Below, one piece after another: positions 15,188 to 22,855 of a stretch of DNA of 26,874 bases (positions are counted from its first letter, which is position 1; each line of letters begins with the position of its first letter). Location of the stretch: NCBI GenBank assembly GCA_963625145.1, contig CAVFSQ010000002.1:1-26874 (forward strand). The letters are read 5' to 3'. Origin of the DNA: Bacteroidaceae bacterium (GTDB lineage: Bacteria > Bacteroidota > Bacteroidia > Bacteroidales > Bacteroidaceae). Position numbers and translations under genes: made by a program. The notes under the pieces are model-generated. The model was not told the DNA's origin, did not search any database, and was given only the letters and a program-made list of their open reading frames with translations.

Positions 15188-17015
15188 AAGGTATGCGTTT
15201 GTGTTGGAATTCTTCGGCCACGCTTTCGCCGTGGGGCGAGAGTGCGCCGTTGAGGTATTGTTCTATCATAACCGAGCCTATAGGCACTCCGTAGTGGGCG
15301 CCGAAGCCGCCGTTCTCCACATATACGGCAATGGCTATCTTGGGGTCGTTCATCGGCGCGAATCCTATGAATGCCGAGTGGTCGTGGCCGCGGTTCTGCG
15401 CTGTGCCGGTCTTCCCGCACACTTCGATGCCTGGAAGATTGGCTGCCGTGCATGTTCCGCCGAGCACGGCGCGCCTCATGCCCGCCACTATGTAGTCGTA
15501 ATAGCGATGCTCTACCATGGTGTAGCGCCGTGTGCGGTAGATGCTGTCGATGGAACCTCCCTCTACACTGCTCACCACGTGGGGAGTGACAAACCAGCCG
15601 CGGTTGGCTATCGTGGCGGCAAGGTTGGCTATCTGCAGCGGTGTGGCGTTGACTTCGCCTTGGCCTATGGCATCGCTTATTATTGTCACTCCGTTCCAGT
15701 GCTTGCGGTAGTGCTTGTCGTAGTATTCCGAATTGGGAATCATGCCGCGCCGCTCGCCGGGGAGGTCGACGCCAAGTTTGTAGCCGTATCCCATCGATAC
15801 CATATAGTCTTTCCATCGCGTGAAGGCGTTGCCAATGCTGCCGTATTTGCGGCGGTTGCTCATCATGTAGTAGAATCCCCACGAGAAATATGCGTTGCAC
15901 GACGTTGCCAGTGCCGGTATCAGCGCCAGCGGCGAGGCATGGCCGTGGCATGCCTGATGAAAACGCCCTATGCTCAGGCCGTGGTGGCAGGCGAACTGCG
16001 TGCCGGGCGAGATGATGCTTTCCTGCATGAATGTCAGGGCTTGCGTGGGCTTGAAGGTGGAACCGGGGGGGTATTGCCCGCTGATGGCGCGGTTTAGCAG
16101 GGGCTTGCGCCAGTCTTTCTGCAGCATCTTCTGGTTTTTGCCGCGCTGGCGGCCTATCATGAGCCGCGGGTCGTACGACGGCGATGATACCATGCACAGA
16201 ATTTCACCGGTCTTGGGCTCGATGGCCACTATGCTTCCGATTTTGCCTTCCATAATCCTTTCGCCCAGGGCCTGAAGGTTGATGTCTATGCTCAGTTTGA
16301 GGTTTTTCCCCGGCTGCGGTATACGGTCGGCCTTCCCGTTTTGAAATCTTCCCTTTATGCGCCCGTGCACGTCGCGCAGCAGTATTTCCATGCCCTTTTC
16401 GCCGCGCAACTGTTCTTCGTAGGAACTTTCCACGCCGATTTTCCCTATGTAGTCGCCGGCTTGGTAATAATAGCTGTCGTTTTCAATGTCGCGCGGCGAC
16501 ACTTCGCCCACATCGCCAAGTATGTGCGCCCCAACGCCATAGACGTAGCGCCTGATGCTGCGGCGCTCCACCGAAAAACCGTTGAACTTGAACAGTTTCT
16601 CTTCTATCTGCGAAAAGTCCTGCGACGGTATCTGGCTGAGGAAAAGCTGGGGCGTGTGGCGCGAATAGCCGAGGTTCTTCTTGCTGTCTTTGATTTCGAG
16701 CATCCGCTGTATGTAGAATTCCTTGCTTATGCCAAGCGTGCGGCAGAAGTCGAGTGTGTCGATGCCGTGCTGGCCCGTCATTGTCACCATAAGGTTGTAG
16801 ACGGGCTCATTGTAGACGAGAAGTTTGCCGTTGCGGTCGGTGATAAGTCCGCGCGACGGGTATTGTATCTTCTTCAGAAATGCGTTGGAATCGGCGTTTT
16901 TCTTGTAGTCGTCGCTCAGCACCTGAAGCGCGAAGAGCCGCACAAGGTAGACGAGCACAATGACTGCAGCCATTCCGCCAATCACGAATTTGCGGTTTTC
17001 GAGGTTAGTGTTCAT
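15168..17015 (-). CDS. mrdA: Penicillin-binding protein 2
   Basis: N-terminal TM helix, RGLITDRNG, YPPGSTFK (SxxK), SCN (SxN), GKTGTAQ (KTG). Confidence 0.96.
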   Translation of the reverse strand: MNTNLENRKFVIGGMAAVIVLVYLVRLFALQVLSDDYKKNADSNAFLKKIQYPSRGLITDRNGKLLVYNEPVYNLMVTMTGQHGIDTLDFCRTLGISKEFYIQRMLEIKDSKKNLGYSRHTPQLFLSQIPSQDFSQIEEKLFKFNGFSVERRSIRRYVYGVGAHILGDVGEVSPRDIENDSYYYQAGDYIGKIGVESSYEEQLRGEKGMEILLRDVHGRIKGRFQNGKADRIPQPGKNLKLSIDINLQALGERIMEGKIGSIVAIEPKTGEILCMVSSPSYDPRLMIGRQRGKNQKMLQKDWRKPLLNRAISGQYPPGSTFKPTQALTFMQESIISPGTQFACHHGLSIGRFHQACHGHASPLALIPALATSCNAYFSWGFYYMMSNRRKYGSIGNAFTRWKDYMVSMGYGYKLGVDLPGERRGMIPNSEYYDKHYRKHWNGVTIISDAIGQGEVNATPLQIANLAATIANRGWFVTPHVVSSVEGGSIDSIYRTRRYTMVEHRYYDYIVAGMRRAVLGGTCTAANLPGIEVCGKTGTAQNRGHDHSAFIGFAPMNDPKIAIAVYVENGGFGAHYGVPIGSVMIEQYLNGALSPHGESVAEEFQHKRIPYGNYER

Positions 17016-17536
17016 TCAGTGCTTCTTCTTCCTCCTCCCGTGCGCACGCTTTCGATGGCTGCTATTATCAGAATGGTGATAAGCGAACTACTGCCAGCAT
17101 TTACAAGCAACTCCGTCCAGTTGAAAAACGAAAACGTTTCGCACAAATGGAAAATGGCTTCACAGAAAACCGTTCCGAGCGATATGTAGCGGATATAGGA
17201 TCCCCAGCCCATCTTTCTTGCCGAGGGAAGAGGAATTTCGTCGTCGGTTTCGATTGTGGAATTTACATTGATAAGCCACGGTTGTATCATGGCAGTGGTG
17301 GTAAGCGCAAAGGCCGCGACTCCCGGTGTGTCGGTAAAGGTGTCGGCGATTACTCCGAGAACGAAACTCCATAGCAACATAGCGCTACGCGAACTGTTGC
17401 CGGGAAAGAGCAGCACGAAATACACGGTGACGAACGGGGTGGCGTGTCCCAAAATGTGCACGTGGTCGAACACAAGCGCCTGCAGCGCAAGTGTCAGCAA
17501 AAACCAGCCGAGAGTCTTGAATATAGTGCTTATCAT
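17012..17536 (-). CDS. mreD: Rod shape-determining protein MreD
   Basis: 174 aa hydrophobic protein between mreC and mrdA; TPFVTVYFVLLFP and LGVIADTFTDTPG motifs. Confidence 0.88.
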   Translation of the reverse strand: MISTIFKTLGWFLLTLALQALVFDHVHILGHATPFVTVYFVLLFPGNSSRSAMLLWSFVLGVIADTFTDTPGVAAFALTTTAMIQPWLINVNSTIETDDEIPLPSARKMGWGSYIRYISLGTVFCEAIFHLCETFSFFNWTELLVNAGSSSLITILIIAAIESVRTGGGRRSTE

Positions 17537-17548
17537 TGCCTGCGGAGT

Positions 17549-18403
17549 TTACTGTTGTTCGTCTTCGAGCGCCCTGTTCTGCAAAAGGTCGATTTCGGCT
17601 TTGGCAGGGTTTGATATCACGCACACGTTGCGCAGATTGCCGAAGTCGGTTGCGAGGTTTACTTTTACGCTGTAGGAAAGCCCGTCGTGCGAGTTGCCTA
17701 TCTTTATTATGCGGCCCACGAAGAGCCCCGGTGGGAATATCGCCGAGTGACCGCTGGTTTCAACGTAGTCGCCTACATTGAAGCGGGCGTATCGCGGTAT
17801 GTCGTTGAGGTTGGCTAGGAGTGGGTTGCCGCCTTCCCAGCCGAGGAAACCGAAGAAACGGTGACCGCGTATGCGGCAGCTTATGCTCGACTTGCGGTTT
17901 ACCACCGGCATCACCAGACTGTAGTTGCGGCTGGTGAGGTATACGATTCCCACGATTCCGCTTCCGCTTACAACTCCCATTTCGGGGCGTATGCCATGTG
18001 CTTCGCCTTTGTCGATTACAATGAAGTTGTTGGCATTCGTGATACTGTTGGAAGTCACCTGTGCTGGGATTATGGTGTAGCCTGTGAGGGCGTTGCGCAT
18101 TTTTTCGTTGAGTTCGATAGAGTCGGCTCCTTGCCGCAGTAACGCTTCGCGCAATTGGTCCACCTGTTTCTGCAGCATGACGTTCCGGCGTGTGAGGTCA
18201 CCGTTTATCTTGCCGAGATTAAGGTACGACACGAGGTCGGAGTAGGTGCGGTTTATGCCGGCGGTGAATTCGTTGGCCGAGGTGAACCAAACACTGGCAT
18301 GGTAGTCGTTGAAGCGGAAGAGCATGACGAATGCCAGGGTTTCGAGTATCAGAAACACTACCCAGTGGAAGTGACTCTTTATGAATTCTATCAGGTTGTG
18401 CAT
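17549..18403 (-). CDS. mreC: Rod shape-determining protein MreC
   Basis: TM helix plus coiled coil, IDKGEAHGIRPEMGVV..GIVG, ETSGHSAIFPPGLFVG. Confidence 0.94.
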   Translation of the reverse strand: MHNLIEFIKSHFHWVVFLILETLAFVMLFRFNDYHASVWFTSANEFTAGINRTYSDLVSYLNLGKINGDLTRRNVMLQKQVDQLREALLRQGADSIELNEKMRNALTGYTIIPAQVTSNSITNANNFIVIDKGEAHGIRPEMGVVSGSGIVGIVYLTSRNYSLVMPVVNRKSSISCRIRGHRFFGFLGWEGGNPLLANLNDIPRYARFNVGDYVETSGHSAIFPPGLFVGRIIKIGNSHDGLSYSVKVNLATDFGNLRNVCVISNPAKAEIDLLQNRALEDEQQ

Positions 18404-18573
18404 CCTGCGGTTTCAAATGCCGTAGTGGGCGTGATGTTGTGTTGTTGCAGTGTAGGCGCATAGCTGCGCCTGCGGTGGTTATTTGCGAAAATGGTTAGAA
18501 GCGTGCCGGTTTTCCGTGTCGCTGTCTAACCATTTCTTTGCGGTTTGCCGGACGGCTGTAGCCTTCGCAGCGG

Positions 18574-19635
18574 TTATCTCATTAGGAACGAGTAATGGTT
18601 TACGTTCTTTAGAGCCACTCCTGTGCCTTTGGCCACGCAAAGCAACGGGTCTTTGGCCACATGGAACGGAATGTTTATCTTGTCTTTCAAGCGCTTGTCG
18701 AGTCCGCGCAGTAATGCTCCGCCGCCGGTGAGGTAAATGCCGTTGTGCACGATGTCGGCATAGATTTCGGGCGGTGTGTTCTCCAGGGCGTTGAGCACAG
18801 CTGTTTCGATTTTTGCGATGCTCTTTTCGAGACAGTGGGCTATTTCCTGGTAGCATACGGGCACTTCCATAGGCAGCGCGGTGATACGGTTAGGACCGTG
18901 CACCACATAGTCCTGCGGGCGCTGGTCGCCGAGGTCGGTAAGGGCGCTTCCCACGTGTATCTTGATGCGCTCGGCCATTCTTTCGCTCACCTTGAGGTTG
19001 TGCTGGCGGGCCATATAGTCTTGTATGTCGGAGTTGAAGTCGTCGCCGGCCATCTTGATGGAGTTGTTCGACACGATGCCGCCGAGCGAAATTACTGCAA
19101 TCTCGGTTGTGCCGCCACCTATGTCGACAATCATGTTGCCTTCTGGCGCCTCTACGTTAAGGCAGTCTTTGGAATCCATTCCGGCTTCGAGTTGCTCGGC
19201 TCCGATACCTATGGCTGCAGCCATAGGCTCGAATAGAAGGTATACGTCGCGTCCGCCTGCATGCTCGGCACTGTCGCGCACCGCACGCAGTTCCACTTCG
19301 GTCGAGCCCGACGGCACTCCGATTACCATGCGCAGCGAAGGCGAAAAGAGGTGGTTGCCCACCTGCGCTTTTTTGATGAGGCCGCGCATCATCTGCTCGC
19401 AGGCATAGAAGTCAGCGATCACTCCGTTTCGCAACGGACGGATTACGCGGTAGTTGTCATTGGTTTTCTCGTACATCAACTTAGCCTCTTCGCCCACTTT
19501 GACCATCTTGTTGGTGCTGCGGTCGAGGGCTACAATAGAAGGCTCGTCAACCACTATCTCACCGTTGTTGATGATGATGGTGTTGGCTGTGCCGAGGTCC
19601 ATTGCCAGTTCTTGGGTGAAAGAAAAGAATCCCAT
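18574..19635 (-). CDS. mreB: Actin-like rod shape-determining protein MreB
   Basis: DLGTANT, RPLRNGVIAD, EPMAAAIG, VDIGGGTTE, LTGGGALL. Confidence 0.97.
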   Translation of the reverse strand: MGFFSFTQELAMDLGTANTIIINNGEIVVDEPSIVALDRSTNKMVKVGEEAKLMYEKTNDNYRVIRPLRNGVIADFYACEQMMRGLIKKAQVGNHLFSPSLRMVIGVPSGSTEVELRAVRDSAEHAGGRDVYLLFEPMAAAIGIGAEQLEAGMDSKDCLNVEAPEGNMIVDIGGGTTEIAVISLGGIVSNNSIKMAGDDFNSDIQDYMARQHNLKVSERMAERIKIHVGSALTDLGDQRPQDYVVHGPNRITALPMEVPVCYQEIAHCLEKSIAKIETAVLNALENTPPEIYADIVHNGIYLTGGGALLRGLDKRLKDKINIPFHVAKDPLLCVAKGTGVALKNVNHYSFLMR

Positions 19636-19681
19636 TTATGTATTGGTGTTGTTTTTGTGTGGAAGTGCTGGCGCTTGCGGA

Positions 19682-20281
19682 TTATTTACCTTGTGCGAAA
19701 TAGTTGTGGATTGCAGTGTCGTAGTGGCTGCTGGTAGCGAAGGCCCGTTCTGCGAAATGCCGACGGTCTTCAATGTCGGAATTGGCGCCTTTGGCGTTGA
19801 GCATGGCAAGCAGGTCTGCGTATTCGGCCTTTGAGGGAACGATTACAACATCCTTGAAGTTCTTTGCTCCGGCGCGGATGAGGGAGATGCCACCTATGTC
19901 GATCTTCTCGATGATATCGGCTTCCGAAGCTCCGCTTTTCACTGTTTCTTCAAAGGGGTAGAGGTCTACGACAACGAGGTCGATAGACGGGATTTCGTAT
20001 TGCTCCATTTCCTTGATGTCGCCGTCGTTTTCGCGGCGTGCAAGTATGCCTCCGAATATTTTGGGGTGAAGTGTCTTTACGCGGCCACCGAGTATGGACG
20101 GATATGTGGTGAGTTCCTCGACTTTAGTGCAAGGATATCCCCAACTTTCTATGAATTTCTGTGTGCCGCCTGTTGAGAGAAGTGCTACTCCTTCTTCGTG
20201 CAGCTTCTTGAGGATTTCTTCGAGTCCGTCTTTGTGGAAAACGGAGATAAGGGCTGTTTTGATTGCCTTAGTTTCTGCCAT
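19682..20281 (-). CDS. purH: Stand-alone IMP cyclohydrolase (MGS-like N-terminal domain of PurH)
   Basis: ALISVFHKDG, LSTGGT, GGRVKTLHPKIFGGIL, VDLYPF, EKIDIGG, AKNF, AFATSSHYD, then a stop after 199 aa. Start moved to MAETK (20281) because a -7 box lies at 20349-20342. Confidence 0.9.
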   Translation of the reverse strand: MAETKAIKTALISVFHKDGLEEILKKLHEEGVALLSTGGTQKFIESWGYPCTKVEELTTYPSILGGRVKTLHPKIFGGILARRENDGDIKEMEQYEIPSIDLVVVDLYPFEETVKSGASEADIIEKIDIGGISLIRAGAKNFKDVVIVPSKAEYADLLAMLNAKGANSDIEDRRHFAERAFATSSHYDTAIHNYFAQGK

Positions 20282-20341
20282 GTTTACAAATAGTTGCGAC
20301 CTGTTCGGCCAAACGGTGTTTAAGAATACATATATTTGCGG

Positions 20342-20349
20342 CAAAGTTA
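20342..20349 (-). promoter_or_regulatory. -7 box (TAACTTTG) for the purH(N)-mreBCD-mrdA-rodA operon
   Basis: Minus strand TAACTTTGCC, about 60 nt upstream of ATG 20281. Confidence 0.68.
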
Positions 20350-20664
20350 GCAATTTTTCAGATACGCTTTTGATATCTAGCCGAAAAATGTGCGTTGCTT
20401 TATGTTTGATTCAGAAGACGGCCTTTCGCGTTGCGGAAAATGTGTGCGTATTGCCGCAGCATTATATGCTTTACCGTTGAAAAAGTAAGGCATGTAATCC
20501 ACACAAGGTGCTTTACTTTTTAGAGGCTAAAGCATCTTGTGTGCGGCTTTTCCATACAGCTGTAATGCCGTGTTGCCCAATGTTGTTTTTGGCCATTACG
20601 GCAGCGGTTCCATTTGCTTTTTGGGTAAGTCGCGTTGCCTGGCAATACGTATTGTTTAATGGGA

Positions 20665-20700
20665 AAGGGCTGAATTCCTGCTACATGGAATTCAGCCCTT
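20665..20700. terminator. Perfect 14-bp inverted repeat downstream of the thioesterase gene; probable terminator
   Basis: AAGGGCTGAATTCC-TGCTACAT-GGAATTCAGCCCTT; U-tracts are short on both strands. Confidence 0.65.
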
Positions 20701-20738
20701 GTTTCAGACAGTCTGATTTTGACTCTCAGTCACCGGCA

Positions 20739-21176
20739 TCAAAGCAGGATGTTGTCTTCGTAGGCAATGATGCGCTGTCGGGCCTCGTTGGGTACTGGCA
20801 CCGAATCGTTTTTCGAAGCGGAAAAGCATACCATTACAGTGCGGCAAGTGCTCACCATGCTTCCGGTGCGGGTATTCACGGCTTCCTGCGATACGGTAAT
20901 ACTTTTTGTGCCGATTTTGGTTACGGCGGTGAGTATTTCGATTTTGTCACCGTAGAACACTGGATAGATGAAGTTGGCATTGATGTTGGCCACTACGGTG
21001 TGTATGTCACCGTTCACGAGGTCGCGAAGCACTGAACCGAAATATTCGGTCTTGGCCATGTCGTAGAGCGAGAATATCACGGCGTTGTTGACGTGCCCGA
21101 ACCGGTCAACGTCACTGAATCGCAGCTGGGCTGGAATGCGGTGACGGTAGTTGGTGCGTTGTTGCTCTTCTTCCAT
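20739..21176 (-). CDS. Acyl-CoA thioesterase (4HBT/YbgC hotdog fold)
   Basis: LRFSDVDRFGHVNNA motif, IGTKS, 145 aa. Confidence 0.9.
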   Translation of the reverse strand: MEEEQQRTNYRHRIPAQLRFSDVDRFGHVNNAVIFSLYDMAKTEYFGSVLRDLVNGDIHTVVANINANFIYPVFYGDKIEILTAVTKIGTKSITVSQEAVNTRTGSMVSTCRTVMVCFSASKNDSVPVPNEARQRIIAYEDNILL

Positions 21177-21211
21177 ATGCGTTGTCCTGGAATTTGTTCC
21201 GGTTCTCTTTG

Positions 21212-22846
21212 CTATTTTTGTGCCAAATGTAATACGATGCGGCCTTTGCGCGGTGTTATTTTGAACACTTTGCCTTTCTCGTTCCGCAAATCGGTAAATT
21301 CACCGCTTTTGAGGGTTGCAGAGTAAGCAAAACCGTTGTGTGAGGCTTTGACGGTGTTGCCTCCGATTGTGGTGAACGGCAGTTTGGCTTCCTGTGCGAC
21401 GGTGAGTTGCAGACAGTATGGGCTGTCCTGTTTCGAAACGATGCCGATGGTTTTCTCGCTCAGTGTTACGGTATATTCGTTACCGCTGTGCGTGGTTATC
21501 TCCACAATGGTATTCTTGCCTTTCGTGCTTACCTCTTGGCCGGTTACCGATGCCTCGATAAACTTGCCAGGTGTAAGTTGCTCGTAGAGGCGCAACCCAG
21601 CCATATTGCTTGTCACGCTCCAAAGACAACCGTCAACAAGCGGCAGAGCGAAGTAGTGGCATTCGGTAGATGTGCCGGGAGTGGTGAGGTAGAGCGATTT
21701 GTTGTCTTCGTTGAACATCTGTATGTCGCGAAAGCGGAACTTGTTGTTTTCCCAAAACAGGTTGGCGCGGTAGTATCGGCTGTTGAACCAAAGGGTCTTG
21801 GCATTGCGCGCAGTGTAGTCGCTCATCGCCGATACAGCAGTGGCCGGGGTCGTCTTGTATTTGTTGGTGAAATTGCGCCCCGACTCTTCCAGAGTTTCAA
21901 CTCTTATTATGCCTTTGCGCTGCAGTTCGGCAATTTTGGCCATCTGCATTTCGAAGCCTTTGCTGAATACTGCCCATGTAAACGAATTCTCCTGGCCAGC
22001 TTGAAAGTAGGTGTATCCCATAGCCGGGTCTTCGGTAACGGTTTTCAGATACCAGTCAACCCAATCGGCACTGGCTCCTGCCTTGCAGGTAGGTTCAAGC
22101 GTAGAAACTCCTTGCATCACTCCGCCCACACCACATTCGTATTGGTAGAGTGGGTCACTGCCGAGCATGCGGAATACCGGCACATTTATTTGCGATGACT
22201 TGCCCTGCGCCGGAATGTAGGCGTTGTTGACAGAGGGGTAGTAGGCACCGTGCCAATAGCCGCCCCATAGCGTGTAGCCGTCGGTGCCTATCTGGTCGCG
22301 GCAGTTGCACGATGCCGTGATATGATATTTGTCCACGAAATACTTTAGCGTGTGGGCATCAATGAACCACGAGCCTACCGATGCCGGGTATTTGCCGAAG
22401 ATTTCTTTGAATTTCTGCATGTAAGTGTCTACCAGTTTCTCGCGCTCTTGCGGTGTGTAGCCGGTGGAGAAGCCTACATTGGCGTGCCAGTCCCAGGGAT
22501 AGCGCCCACGCCATTCGATGCCAGCGGCTTCAACATGTGGCTGCGTTATTTCCCACCATGCCCCCACTTCGAAGTCGGAAGGAAGCGACTTCATCAGCTT
22601 TTGGTATTGCGGGTCGATCAAGGCATCGTACTGCAAAAGGAATGTGCCGTGCAGACGATTGGCAACCATATTGTTCTTTTGATTCTCGGTTGTCTGGTAA
22701 AGAATTTCGTCGGTTATCGTTTCGATGCGCGGTTCGGTTTTGCGCACGAAGTTTATGATGTTGGCGATATGGGACACACCTTGGGCTGTTGCATTTATGA
22801 ATGCAACAGCAAGCAAGGCAGTAGCAAATATTCTGCTTTTGTGCAT
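21212..22846 (-). CDS. Uncharacterised secreted protein, possibly a carbohydrate-active barrel enzyme
   Basis: 544 aa; signal peptide (...INATA|Q); GTFLLQYDAL, EVGAWWEI, FKEIFGKYPASVGSW pattern reminiscent of NodB/GH57/GH38-type barrels; 9 bp downstream of the GH106 gene. Confidence 0.62.
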   Translation of the reverse strand: MHKSRIFATALLAVAFINATAQGVSHIANIINFVRKTEPRIETITDEILYQTTENQKNNMVANRLHGTFLLQYDALIDPQYQKLMKSLPSDFEVGAWWEITQPHVEAAGIEWRGRYPWDWHANVGFSTGYTPQEREKLVDTYMQKFKEIFGKYPASVGSWFIDAHTLKYFVDKYHITASCNCRDQIGTDGYTLWGGYWHGAYYPSVNNAYIPAQGKSSQINVPVFRMLGSDPLYQYECGVGGVMQGVSTLEPTCKAGASADWVDWYLKTVTEDPAMGYTYFQAGQENSFTWAVFSKGFEMQMAKIAELQRKGIIRVETLEESGRNFTNKYKTTPATAVSAMSDYTARNAKTLWFNSRYYRANLFWENNKFRFRDIQMFNEDNKSLYLTTPGTSTECHYFALPLVDGCLWSVTSNMAGLRLYEQLTPGKFIEASVTGQEVSTKGKNTIVEITTHSGNEYTVTLSEKTIGIVSKQDSPYCLQLTVAQEAKLPFTTIGGNTVKASHNGFAYSATLKSGEFTDLRNEKGKVFKITPRKGRIVLHLAQK

Positions 22847-22855
22847 GGCGGTTTA

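Noticed and set aside
20282..20660. ZMP/ZTP riboswitch expected upstream of purH
   Set aside because: No match to the conserved GACUGGCG...GCCUGGG pattern on the minus strand, and the promoter box leaves only a ~55-nt UTR.
20508..21035. Plus-strand 175-aa ORF
   Set aside because: Overlaps the thioesterase antisense, crosses a terminator-like hairpin, and has no recognisable features.
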